Shown here: piece by piece, positions 1 to 46,300 of the stretch
Numbering within the stretch: position 1 is the stretch's first letter
Layout of the letters: each line of letters begins with the position of its first letter
Source of the DNA: Tubiluchus corallicola
Taxonomy: Eukaryota; Animalia; Priapulida
NCBI GenBank assembly: GCA_030141605.1
Contig: JAQGDQ010000352.1
Coordinates: 62,001 to 126,000 of the forward strand
Length of the DNA stretch: 64,000 nt
Direction of reading: 5' to 3'
Made by a program: the position numbers and the translations under genes
Notes under the pieces: model-generated
Database searches by the model: none
What the model was told of the DNA's origin: nothing
Seen by the model: the letters and a program-made list of their open reading frames with translations, nothing else

Positions 1-141
1 TGTCAGCAGCATAAAGTGGATGAACCAGGACAATCAAAATCGGCTGGTCATGCAGAGAAGGTTCTAGAATCTCCTATTCCACCACCTCGCCGACATAAGC
101 AGCCAGTAAAGAAAAGTGATGCGTACAACAAGAGTGGCTAA
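1..141 (+). CDS. Probable 3' end of an unidentified upstream gene (CQQHKVDEPGQSKSAGHAEKVLESPIPPPRRHKQPVKKSDAYNKSG*)
   Basis: Frame 1 is open from the window edge to TAA at 139-141, has higher GC than its flank, and is followed by T-rich 3'UTR-like sequence. No family recognisable. Confidence 0.45.
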   Translation, partial: CQQHKVDEPGQSKSAGHAEKVLESPIPPPRRHKQPVKKSDAYNKSG

Positions 142-284
142 CAAAACATGAAACTTGCCATTTGACTTATTCTGTAACCAAACAGGAGTTTTGTAATGAA
201 TCTAGTATTAACAGCAAATGTACAAACTTCATTTTTGTTGGTCAATTTTGAAGGACAAGGAAATAAAAGTGCAACATTGTAACA

Positions 285-683
285 GGTCGTAAGCTTTCAC
301 AGTTTCCTTGTGCGCCTGCAAAGTTGCTGTAGGTAAAAGGTTAAGTATACCACAGCAATGTGTCTTAACTACAACCGTCAAGTGATGTGTGTAAAGCAAA
401 GCCGTCTGCCACATTAGTTCAGTAACTTCAGTTGTTTACTTGGATTTTACTTAATTAGACATTATTCTGGGCATAGAATGATTTACTAGCAGGCTCTTGC
501 TTGGGAACAAGAAAAAATGAACTAAAAGTAAGGTTCTAGTTAACTGTTAAAACTGTTACTACACATTACAACAGCATGGGGCTGCGAGGCTTTGTTAGTG
601 TACACAAATGCGTCGTCTGGTATGCTTAACCTTTGACCTTCTCACGATCATCATCAATTGCTGGAACTGCAAAAAGGCGTATT
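285..683. mobile_element. ~400-bp MITE-like dispersed repeat, copy 1
   Basis: Aligns by eye along its length, inverted, to 49279-49670 (e.g. cttgcttgggaacaagaaaaaatgaactaa). Imperfect TIRs resembling AATAAGCCTTTCACAGTT. Confidence 0.7.
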
Positions 684-1544
684 ATGAAGGACATGGCATT
701 TAAAGGAAATCAAAGTGAAACATTATAACAGGTTAATTATTGTTGAGTGCAGGAATTTTTGATGACTTTTACATTCGCTATTTAGCTGATTTTGATGTTT
801 TTTTATTATGATGTATTTTGGTAATAGAGGATTTTTGCTCAAGTTTTCAGCCCAAAACTTTATATGTTTTTTCAAATTTAAACTTTTTATTAAACTAGTA
901 TATCATGTGAGATAGGTCGAATCTTATTTTGTACAAAGTATTATTTTGTGTGTGATTACATTTTCAAAAGAAAATCAAAGTATAAATGCTTGCGCTATTT
1001 TTTATTGTGAACTAGAATGATTGACATGTTTTTACATTGGTTTAATCTTTCGTGTTTTTGGATTATGTCCTATCTTGTACAAATGTATATAGTAGATCGG
1101 AAAAAACTGACGACTACTGAATTATTTTACAAATTTATTTTTTCCCACGATTAACTTAACAAAGAGGCTGTCATTTACTTTCAAACTTGCAAAAAAACAA
1201 GCAAACGGTGGCTAAAAATAATTAACAAAAAGTAATATGTGCATGTGCATCACGATCACTGAAATGTACAAAATATTTTACCATAAATAATTAGGTACAC
1301 AAAAACATGGTATTACATTCATGAAAAAATTCAAATATTCGACTATGTGAAAACATGCATGAAGAAAGCTTTTTGCAATATAAAAATATGGAAAACGGAA
1401 TGTAGGAATACAAAAATATGGAAAACTGAATGTAGGAATATCACCATTATGTAGTTATCACAAGAAATTGTAGTTGTACAGAATTTCGATAATATAGTTA
1501 AACACAATGTCATGATTAGAATGATTTATAAAAATAAAATTCAT

Positions 1545-1815
1545 CAAGATTGGAGCTTTTATGTCAAATTTTGAAAAAATACAAGTAAATTTTACAGAAA
1601 TATAAATTGTCAAGATTGGTGCTTTTACAACAAGTAAATTTTACAAAAATATAAATTGCAAGATTGGTGCTTTATGTCAAGTAAATTGTACAAAAATGTA
1701 AATTGTCAAGATTGATGCTTTTACACAGTGTAAATTTCACAAAAGTATAAATTGCCAAGATTTATGTTTTTAGCCCAAGTCGTATTTGCAAAAAACATTA
1801 AATTGTCTAGATTAG
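1545..1815. repeat. Degenerate ~48-bp tandem repeat (5-6 copies) in the presumed myosin 3'UTR
   Basis: Recurring tcaagattggtgctttta...caagtaaattttacaaaaatataaattg. Confidence 0.8.
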
Positions 1816-2228
1816 CGCGTCTATAACTGACACGTGCTTAACACTGGTCTATGTCAAGTGCTTAATAAACAAACTTGAGCATTAGCTAATTATATTGCAC
1901 TCATTAATTGTGCAAATCTGTTTGGACTAATTTACTCTTCTGCTTAGCATTAAAGCCTGGTCTAGTTTCATCTTCTAAAATTGCTATTTGAGAAACTCAG
2001 AGTTGACATTGCGGGCTGCTCCTTGTGTGACAAAATAGCACGTGTGAGCTGCAACAGGTGCCACCTGTTGCCTAATAGTGAAAGCAAAAGTTCTTGCCTT
2101 CGATGGAAAAATAGACCGAAATGTGTAACGTGGAATAAGCATTATCCTATCCCATCTCTGGCCAATCACATTTGAGGTCTCTGCTGTTGGAGAAACACTG
2201 GTAGCTGCTCGTGGAGACTTGGGCTGAA

Positions 2229-35552
<33,324 letters not shown>

Positions 35553-36469
35553 TTTTAATCTGATTTCGGCAACAGCCAACTAGTTTAACGACTGGAATGG
35601 TACATTCAGTACTTTGCACACATGTTTTTTTGCGGTTCACTTTTACATAATCAGCTTAGTGTTGGTGACATCTGATTCTATAAAACAATGAAACATACTA
35701 TGTATTTGGTGCAATGCATGATACAACGTAATTCACACTGCCTGGTATCACAGCAGTAATACAACACTTGTAAGCCTAATTCAGCATAGACTGTTTTTTC
35801 ACTGTAATCACCCCAAATACGTCAGTTCAAATTGCAGGTTTTTTACCGTATTAGGCTAGTAGAGCACATTAGCACCAATTGTAAGTGAGCTGCTAATGCC
35901 TCGGTAATAAATGCTCACATTCACAAGGGGCTGGGCTGGATTTTGCCTGGGGCACTTTGTCAAAAGCAGGCCGCTGAGGTTCAGTAAAGACAAAAGTGAA
36001 AGTTCTTAGATACGAAAAAGCAAATTAGTTTTTTTTGTATATACACGTACACAACACGAGAAGAAAAACGATAGCATTTCATCTTGTAGACCTGTTTGTT
36101 TAATGTGGTCTATTAGGCCTGACCATAAAACAAAGCCCAGGTTTGTTCTTCTCAACTAAAGGCATTTTCCACCTGATTCAAACATAGCAGCATAAATTCA
36201 AAGATCACAGTTTAAGGTCACCTAATAATTAGGAATGTCTGAAAGCAGTACACCGAGTATGTTACAATACTATGCCTTATGAAGCTGCTCAAATGACGTA
36301 TGATCCCTCTCTGACAAATATGGAGAAGCCAGATACAGAAAGATGATATATAATGAATATTGCACAAAATAGTTAAACTCTGCTATACTAACAGTCTACG
36401 AGTGATTTATTTCATTAGGTATTTACGAGAGTAGACATGTAATCTATTAGGTTTCATATGCACATTAAT

Positions 36470-36577
36470 TCTAAACTGAAGTTGTCTACCCCACGTAAAA
36501 GCTGTCACATCCATGACAGTCACGGAAAGTCGTAGATGTGACAGATTTTACTTTTTACAAGACAACTTCAGTTTAGA
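36470..36577. repeat. 108-bp imperfect hairpin
   Basis: Perfect 18-bp outer stem tctaaactgaagttgtct/agacaacttcagtttaga and a 23-bp inner stem with an 11-nt loop. Confidence 0.85.
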
Positions 36578-36670
36578 TATGTAATCTGCTTTTCTGTATC
36601 TGGATCTAGTGTGACTGCAAGAAGGCGGCAGTCTCAGAAGAAACACACATTGAAAATCTGCCTTCATGCA

Positions 36671-37370
36671 CAGGCGGATCCAAGACCGGACACAGCAGGC
36701 CCACTTATTTTTGCCATGACAAAATTATTTTATTTCAGAATACATCCATGATGTTCATATATGAAGTGTGAAGAAGGCAGGTCTTCCATGCACACATTTG
36801 CAGACTACTGATGTAAGGCTAAACTAGTTGAATGTGCACTTCTTGGTTATATGAAAGGGGAATCCCTGCCACCCTCGAGGAAGCTGAGTGAACTGACTGA
36901 GAGTGAAGCTGATTGTCCATTCGCTGAAATTGAAATTGTTACTTTGTTACTTTTTTGGGTGAGTCATGAACACCCTGTGTGAGGATAAAAGAAAGAAATT
37001 TTCATCTTCATTCAATCTGTAGTGTATGTGTTTAAGTAAACTCGTGTCGCAGGAAAATTGAATATTCATTTCACTTCACTGTGACACTTAAAATTGATGC
37101 GGAAATTAAAAAGATCTTGGAATGAGGAAAGTCAGCCTTACTGGCAAACTTCTCGAAATTGAAGGAATGACTGGTGTTATGGCCCTGCTTATTTTGGACT
37201 CAGATGTGTGCTCAGATTGCTGGAAACCCGTCCCAAATTTTCAAAATTTTCTTGAGACCCCCCTTACCCGCCATTGGCACTCGAGCATTAGGGGCACTCC
37301 GCAGTAGTGTACCAAACATTCTATTCTTTGACATTCTGGTGCCCCCTTTTAAAAATTTTGGATCCGCACC
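36671..37370. mobile_element. Possible PIF/Harbinger-type non-autonomous element
   Basis: Ends GGCGGATCCA ... TGGATCCGC with subterminal GGGGCAC..GTGCCCCC. Confidence 0.45.
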
Positions 37371-38769
37371 ATTTATGTGTAATCTAAGCACAATGATATG
37401 AGAAAGTGACTCACACAGAAATCCACATGCAAAATGGGTTATAATGAGAGTGACTCACATCGAAATCCACATGCAAAATGGGTTATAATGACCGTCACAT
37501 TATACCAGCATAGTCAAAGTATACAGCGACTAGAGAACCGAATTTTGGCAATCATGTATCAGAATTGAGAATTTCATAAAAGTTTTTGTACAGTACCCTT
37601 TTCTACAGATGCAATGCTTTCTAGAGTAGCTTCAAATTTAATTATATGAGTCAAATAATAGCAATGGTTTGCAAAAAGGTGGTATTTTCTTTATGTTGCC
37701 TTCAAATAGCTTTCATGACCTTGAAAGTATCATGCTTTCATTTGACATGTCGCACAATGTCTGTAGTTCTGTTGATCTTTGAATGACCGCTAGTATTTCT
37801 AGTGACCTATGCTGACAAGTAACTTGTAGTGTAGTGTAAAATTTGTGACACAAATTGGAGAAAAATAAAATGTCTATGTCTATGTCTATGTGTGGTCAAA
37901 ATATGGCAAATTTTAGTGGCTTGTGCAGATTGCAGAGCTTTACATTTTTCTCAGACTTAAAAATTAGAGAATAACAATTCTGGAAAATGACTCATCTTTA
38001 CGTCCAAAAAAGCAACATCTATATAGCCCTAAATTCTAACAACCAACAACATAAACATCTACACCAACGCAGGCATCCTTGATAATTAGCTGGTTTCTGG
38101 TTCTGCCAAAAGCACCAATATAATATGTCGGCCCAGCGGCCCCTGCCACTGAGCACAGGAAGAAGTGTGTGACAAACTGTAAAGCAAAAAAGTAATAGAA
38201 GCCAATCCAGTAATTGCCTCACAACTTCACAGGCAGTCAAAATCATAAGCTACCGTTGACATTTAGTGAGGGACATTAGCAGATTCCCAAGACGATTCTT
38301 GTGATTACAGAAGTATATTGTTGGCCCACCAGGCTCAATTTTCTGTCACTTGAAAATTAGTCTAGTATCATTCACTGGATACAAATTTCTAACCATAATC
38401 CAGAGGTGGGGTATTAGCAGCTATATTATTACTATAACTCTATAATTATTAATCAATATAGATAAAAACCAAAATGAGTTAAAAAATAATAAAAAATTTC
38501 TACAGCAGGCATTGTCGTTCGTTTGTACATAACGATTTATAATGTAGGTCTAAAGCGAGATTATGCTGTCACGAGTAGTATAGCTACTACTACTAGGAAT
38601 ATTCTTTAACTTAAAATCTAGGCAAGCACCAAACTTGGTAATAGCTTTTCCCAGTAATTCAAAAATACCTTTTTAATATTTATAATCACACACGTTAGAC
38701 TTTGTGAACTTCGAAAAACACTACCAAGTTTTACACTCCACATAAACAGTTACTGCTAGATTGTCAACC

Positions 38770-39070
38770 TTGTGCCCGTTACTCCGTACCGCATAGCTTT
38801 CGATTGGACTTTCTGGCTTTTAGATGAGTAACTATCTGAATAACTCTTTTGATAATTTAAAGCAGAATGAGCGTGGTGTCTATCTACTAACTAAACATGG
38901 CGGCGTACATGTAAAATGTGTAAAGCATGAAACGTTTCGAAGTACAGTTACATCACACCCTGTTTGACTGAAATGTAAATCAAATTGATGGTGAATAGGT
39001 AACGCTATCCACAAGCAAGTTCTTTTTAAGTGGCGGTCAGAGGTCTTACACAGTAGGCCGCAGGAATGTA
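38770..39070. promoter_or_regulatory. Candidate bidirectional promoter / first non-coding exons for MYO1E and SCO1
   Basis: Local CpG enrichment, YY1-like AACATGGCGGCG at 38894, plus-strand donor AG|GTAACG at 38999. Both genes' ATG exons begin at a splice acceptor (~35677 on -, 43298 on +), so upstream exons are implied. Confidence 0.4.
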
Positions 39071-39559
39071 GAGCAGGCTTAGTGTTAGTTCTTATTAAGT
39101 ACTATTGAGTATTGTCACTAATAAAGATAAATTTGAAATTGCTAAGTGTAGCGGGTTTGCGAAATTGTTCAAACTTTTTATAATTATTTAGTATTCGTAT
39201 TGCAATTTTGTTACATTGATCTCACATTATGACACTGATGCCCAGTGCTTCTGTGGGTGTAATGCCTATGGTTAGCATAACTACACAGAAAGCAGAAAGT
39301 CTCGGGTTCCACTCCCAATGGAGGTACAAAATTTCTCTGTTTTTCTAAATTACTATTGCTTTCTTACACCTATAAATGCACTGACGTGAATGATTTCTCA
39401 CTATGTAATCTGCATAGTAGAGGTAAAACCAAAAAATTCTTCATTAATATGACACCTGAGTATTTCAACCTTCTTGGCTATTACACGCCATTTGCTGACA
39501 CAGATCACTGGAATGCAGGACATGATGTATTAATTTTTGTCAGGAAAACACTTATAATT

Positions 39560-42280
39560 TCAATGAAAGTGCTTGTATTCAAATAACGACTTCTAGATCT
39601 AACAAATATATTATAGGGTGCATTTATAGGAGTCCGTCCTCATCTGCAGACAACGAACAGATTACTTCTAAAACTGTTTGATGCCACATCACTCTATAGT
39701 AACGCCAAGATAATTATTGTAGGGGACTTCAATATGACACGTCTCACTGCCACCCACTGGAGCAACATGACTTATCGCGACTTGAGTGACACACTGCTAG
39801 AAGCTCAATTCATGCATACTGTATGCGAAAGTCTACTATACAACATGTTTCTATAAACACTTGTTACCGTCATGGACAAATCCCAGCTGCCTGGATCTAA
39901 TTTTTACAAATGATCCAGAACTCGTTTGTAATGTAAATGTTAATGAACGACTTGGAAAAAGTAACTATAACATCTTAAACTTTGACAGATGTAGTATAAA
40001 CTAAGGCTCATTTGTCTTGAAGAAATCTTTTTAAAGCAAACTACGACCAATTGAATAACGTATTCCTACAGTCAAATTTGCAGGAAGCATTAACATACAA
40101 GCCTACCCAACAAGCCTGGGACTACTTCTTTTCCCAATTTACAGAAACAATGAACCAGTTTACACCTGTTACTATGTAGAGTAAAAACCAGTAGACTCAA
40201 ATCCTGGATGACAAAAGAAGCTGTTCAAGCTATAAAATCCAAACATGCTAAATGGAGATACTGTGCTAGACAAGATCTTACTAGTTTCAACTTGTACGCT
40301 TGACAAAGAAATACTAATACTCAGACTATAAGGAAAACAAAGAAATTACAAAAAACGACTAGTAATGTCAATAAAATCGCACCCCAAACGTTTCTGGGCA
40401 TATGTCAACCACAATTTAAAGAAACACGAAAAGGTCCCACATTAAAGGAAAATGGAGAGGAAGTCGCTGATGCTGCATGCAAAGCTGAACTACTTAACGA
40501 ATATTTCGTTAGTGTTTTCGCGGAAGAAGATGGTCGAGCTGCTGTGCCAATCACCCGTACGAATGCACAGATCAACACTGTTTGCATTACTGAAGAGAAT
40601 GTATCCAAAACCATAACTGATCTCAAAGCTGACTCTTCCATGGGACCAGATGATATTCACCCATTTGCAATAAAACAATTAGTAGCAAGTTTAACAACAC
40701 CATTAGTATGTATTTTAAAAAAAATTAATTAATGAGGGCAAATTACCACAATCATGGAAAAATTCATTTGTGTCTCTGATTTTTAAGAAAAGGGAGCGTG
40801 AACAAAAACCAACTACAGACCGATAAGCTTTACATCAGTTATATGTAAACTTCTTGAGAAAGTAATTAGAAATGCTATTTACGACCATCTCATTATCAAT
40901 GAGCTTATTGCTGTCTCTCAATACAGATTCTTACAAGGAAGTTCCTGCACTTTAAACCTACTTGAGCCTTTAAATGACTATCAAGAAGTGCTGGATGAAG
41001 GGTTTTCTGTGGACCTAATATTTTATGATTTGCAGAAGGCCTTCGATAAAGTTTCATATAGAAGGCTCATGTTAAAATTTGCCGCACATGGGATCTCTGG
41101 CAAACTCTACAACTGGATAGAAGATTTTCTTAAAGACCGCTCACAATGCGTTCGAATCAACTCCTAGAAATCTTCATGGAGACCAGTTAGGAGCGAAGTG
41201 TCACAGGGAAGTGTATTAGGGCCTATATTATTTCTTATGTTCATCAACGATCTGCCAGACAATTTAAATTCATGACTGAAAATATTTGCGGATGATACAA
41301 AAATCTACAGGATACTGAGGTAAAATAGTGACTACCGTAGACTCCAGAATGATATTAACCTATTAGACTCATGATCACAAACTTGGCAAATGCCTTTCAA
41401 CGTGAAAAGTGTAAGGTTCTGCACGTAGGGACAGACAGTGTAACTCATGGCTACTATATGCGCATCCATACAAATCAGTCAGTACCAATAATAGCAGTAA
41501 CAAAACAGAAAGACTTGGGTGTTTAATTGACCAGTCTCTCACATTTGACGAAATATCCAAACGAGCTAGGAAACAATTATGGATGATACGGCACTCTTTC
41601 ACCTATATGGATACTGATATACATTTTATACAAAACATTTTTAAGACCAATATTAGACTATGGTGATGTAATTTGGTGTCCATTCAAACTTCAAGCAGTA
41701 CGTAAGGTAGAATCTATACAACGGAAAGTCACCAAGTTAGTACCATCAATCAAAGATCTACCATATGCAGAGAGAATGCAGAGACTAAATTTACCATCCT
41801 TACGTTTCAGAAGAAAAGTAGGTAACCAAATCATGCTGTAGCATATATACAACAACCTTACAAGAATTGATAGCAGAAAATTTTTTTAAGTTAATCCATG
41901 TGGAGGGGATACAAGATTACAAAGCCCGGATGTAGACACAAGAACAGATTCATTTTCAGAGTGATTATGGAACTCCCTCACCACATCGATATGGAACACC
42001 ACGTCAGCAGATCAATTCAAGAAGAAGCTAGAAAGCTAGACATGTATTGGGAAGATCATCCAATGAAGTTCCACGATCTGTTCCAGCCTGAGAGGACTTT
42101 AAACGTTTTTTTAAAGTTCACCCCCCCCCCCCTGCAACACCATTCCAGTCTATCATAAATCAACACATCTGACCAGTTTGCCACACCACCACTGACCTTG
42201 CTTCCTCACTACACCATGACAACTGCCGCTAGGCGGCACTTCCATTTGAGAGACAACATAAGAGAGATAACATAAATACA
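39560..42280 (+). mobile_element. Decayed CR1-clade LINE (APE endonuclease + RT), many stops and frameshifts
   Basis: [78 protein letters not shown]; short repeat tail gagagacaacataa. Confidence 0.92.
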
Positions 42281-42302
42281 AACATTACATACGCAATAAT
42301 GT

Positions 42303-42405
42303 ATAAACCTCTGTTAATTGTATCACAAGTTTACTTTATCGCAAGTTTCTCTCTTCGATTTATATAGAGAGAAAACTTGTGATAAAACAATTAACAGAGG
42401 TTTAT
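42303..42405. repeat. ~100-bp palindrome
   Basis: ataaacctctgttaattgt..atcacaagttt pairs with aaacttgtgataaaacaattaacagaggtttat. Confidence 0.8.
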
Positions 42406-42564
42406 CAAGAGAGACAACTATGGGCAAAATGCCTATTTGTAGGCTTCGCCCTGTTGATCTACGGTAATCTGTGGTAAAAAAATGTGTAGTGCAGGTTATA
42501 GTTCCCCACTGATAAACCTCTAGTGGCTTATAAATTTGCTCCTCCTCCTCCACTGAAAAGTCGA

Positions 42565-42640
42565 GTACCTTCGTGGTTGAATGATACTGCTGCTAGGAAG
42601 GTCTTGGGTTCGAGTCCTAGTGGAGATACAAAATTTTCTT
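42565..42640 (+). mobile_element. tRNA-derived SINE-like head (Pol III B-box); related copies near 39255-39340 (+) and 19850-19920 (-)
   Basis: GAAGGTCTTGGGTTCGAGTCCTAGTGGAGATACAAAATTT; no complete cloverleaf. Confidence 0.5.
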
Positions 42641-43315
42641 GGATTTTAAATTTACACAATTACACTTTTTACTCTGGCTAATTGTTTTAGTAAATGACAA
42701 GATTCTGAGGATGATGAAAAACCAGTGGTTAGCTGATCATTTGCCCCTTATTACAATAAACAGCAATTATTTTTAGCTGAGACCTACTTAACCTGTAAAT
42801 TTTAAATTTTTAAATAGTGCTTTTTATTTGACAATTTTTTTATTTTAATTATTAGTTTAAAAGCTTTGTTGCTGTGCCCCATTCGAATAATGTTTTAATC
42901 AAATACAAAAAGCGCATTATGATTTTCTGTTTGCAGTTTAGTGTGCTTCGAAAGGCCTTAGAATTTTTCCTTGCATTTACTGAAAAGATACGGAAAAAAG
43001 AGTTTTTTTAAATGCAAAAAAACTACATAATGAAAAACACAATGCACTGTTTGTATTTGATTTAAATTATTAGTGTAATTTTTTCTTTTGCATCTACTAG
43101 GACCACTTATCTACTCTTTACAAGTATATGTAATGTAGTGCACCCACAATGTAGGCTTTTATAGTGCTGCCTTGTGATTACTTTTTGATAAAAATTTTCT
43201 GTTATGTGGGTTGGCAACTATTATGTAGTGTTGTAAAGTATTATAGACAAATTTGCCATGGCTGTAGTAGCATTTTGTTTATAATCCATTTTTTCCAGAT
43301 TGCTGTGATTCTGAC

Positions 43316-46300
43316 ATGACCTACATCATGTATAGAATTTTTCCCTTGTGTAAAAAAGCTCTTCAGACAGAAGCTTCACAAGCATTTGTGTTTGCAAACC
43401 GAAGTAGCTTCGTTTTTCATAACAAGGTATTAAAGATATTTAGATTTGGCCTAATACTTTTCGATATAAGACATGCATTTTTTCCAGGAAAATCATGCTA
43501 TAGGTGGCTTGTATATAATATGCTGAATGCAGAAGCCTAGTGTAGGCCACAACTTTTATTACTACACCTGTAATAGGCGAATATACTAAGGATAATTGGC
43601 CATGGGTTTTATTACACTCGAAGTACGAAGTAAAAAGAATATTAAATTTTTAAGTCACATTTCTATCATGCAAGTGACCAGTGGTTTGCTCACTCAAACT
43701 TATAAGCTGTGGTTCGCTCACTCAAACTTATAAGCTGTGGTTCGCTCACTCGAACTTATAACCAGTAGTTCGCTCACTCGAACTTATAACCAGTGGTTTG
43801 CTCACTTGAACTTATAACCAGTAGTTCGCTCACTCAAACTTATAACTAGTGGTACACTCACTCAAACTTTTAACTTTTTGCCCTAGCAGCAATCAGTAAT
43901 CTTTGCAGTCTGCAATATTATTCATGCTGAAAATCTAAATTTGATATTGATTATTAATACAGCCTATAAACCTGTAATGTCCAGATGTTAGTTGTTATTT
44001 GGGTTTTTTATTTGTCAAAAGGGAAATTAACCATTTTGGCTATTGATCAAAAAGTCGAAATTTTGTTTTTGAGTAAAAGTTTAGGTGAGCCTCTCAACAC
44101 TTTTGCCAGTGAATGGCAACAAGTGATGCATTATTAAAAACTTTTATATAAACTGAGGCCTAAATTTATTTTAAATTTGCCTTACAAAATGGATCTTATG
44201 TATCTGAATATCTTATATGGCAAAAAATAAGGTATTTGTTTTTCATCTGAACATTAATAGAATTATGATCAAAAACTTAGGTTGGCCCTTAAGTATAAAT
44301 TTCAGCTGTGACGAGTTGTAGTTGTAAAACTTTGCAACATATATTTTCCTGTAGCCATCTCTTCATCCGTCTTTTTGTCTGTCTCTTTAGGTAATAACCT
44401 CGAAAAAGTATGATCAAAATGTAATCAAATTTAGCAGAACAATTTTTCACGATGTTCGAACGTTAGCTTTTGCAGCTCAGGAGAACAAAGGCCATTATCC
44501 CAAAACAGTTCCATTTTTATAAATTGAGACAATATATATTTATTTGCAAGTTGTAACTATTTCTTACAGTATAGCATAGTATTTTGTTAAAATTTTAAAT
44601 GTGACTTTCTCTCGCTTTTCATTTATGCCTTTGCAGCGTTTTCTACTTTGTTTTAATTTAAACACTTGTAAGTGCTTTTCCGTTTGTATAACGCAAATTC
44701 AAATAAATTTTTGTGTAATTTGTGCAGCCATCTTTAGGTGGCAAGTGTTAAGGCAGATTAAAAGTGCAATTTTTTCTGTATTTTTAATGCTGCCATACCC
44801 CATAACCAAGTCACATTGTATAGGAATAAAAATACATGATGCCACAGGATCGTAACCATCATTTTACTGACATTGCGTAATATGAGCAATGCCAATTGCA
44901 GATTTCTTTTTCATAATTTCACTTTTTATGCAGTTTTGTCGGAGAACCTACGCGGAGGCTGTACCAAAACGTAAGAAGCCTGGACAAGGAAAAGGGGTAA
45001 GTTAGCTGGACATTTTTATGGCTGCTTTCAATTTAACTGCCCTTCTTCAGAAATTGGACAAACTAAATTCTGAGAGTTTGTTGTGCTTAACTGAGTAAAT
45101 CACATTTTTTTGTTTGTTAATCAGCCAATCACATGGAAGAACGTGGCGCTAACTGCCGGTGTTGCCGGAGTAGTTTACTTTGGAATGAAATACTTGAGAT
45201 ATGAAAAAGAAATGGGTAAGACGCTGTTAGTCTGTATTCTCATAATATCATATGGAGAGACAATTATTAATGGTACACTTAGATCGTTGCTTATGTCTTG
45301 TTATGTTTACATTATTTTTTCAGAAATTGAAAAAGAGAGGTCCAGGAACTTGGGGAAGGCAAGAATTGGAGGACCGTTTAATCTCGTCAACCACTACGGT
45401 CTGCCACAAAGTTCCAAGGACTTTTTAGGAAAGTGGGTGATCCTTTACTTTGGATTCACCCACTGTCCCGACATCTGTCCTGATGAAATCGAAAAGATGT
45501 GTGAAGCAGTGGACATAGTTGGTATGCAATTAATTATTGATTTTTTAAGCTTTATCTTTGTCAGGGTTTACCCTCACAGGGTGCACATTCAAACTTTAAT
45601 TTTTTTTATACGTTTATGTGTACTGCAAGCGAGAACCCAACATTCAACAACAATTTCTCTTCAAATTGGATGGTCGTATGAGACCGGGAGCTGACTTACT
45701 TTCAAGGCTACATATGCCTATAAGATGAGCCGTTGCACCTGCAGCCACATTTGGATGTGTATAAATCCTCGTGTCATGTAAACCGCAAGAAAGACCACCA
45801 AGAATGAAACCCATTCACTCATCCATTAACTAACCAGGGTTGACGCCATTCTTAACTTCAGTCACTTAACACGATTGTTGAGCTAGTCATCTGTCTATGT
45901 GTAAATAACAATCGGTTATCCATTGCGTTCAACAAGGGTAGTTCAATAAGCACTCTCCTTTTTGAACAGCCTAGGTGAAAATGATTTGCAGCATGGCTAG
46001 TGTTGCCTATACTTTAGCCAACAAAAGAGTTTTTTGTCTTTTAAGTCCCTATCTATGGCAGAAGTCTGAAAAAGCGTGCACTTATTAAAGATTTCATGGG
46101 CAAAATGGTGTTTTAATAATGAAGCATTTTCACAAAATAGATTTGGGCATGCGAGTTTTTGTGCAAGCAGATACTTTTTGTGTTTTTCAGACGCAATGGA
46201 AAACACGCCAAATTTAACTCCACTGTTTATCTCTGTGGATCCTGCGAGAGACACTATAGATGCTGTTAAACAGTACGTTGAAGGTAAAGCAATTTCTGTA

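Noticed and set aside
42565-42640. tRNA gene
   Set aside because: B-box present but no acceptor or anticodon stems; treated as SINE-like
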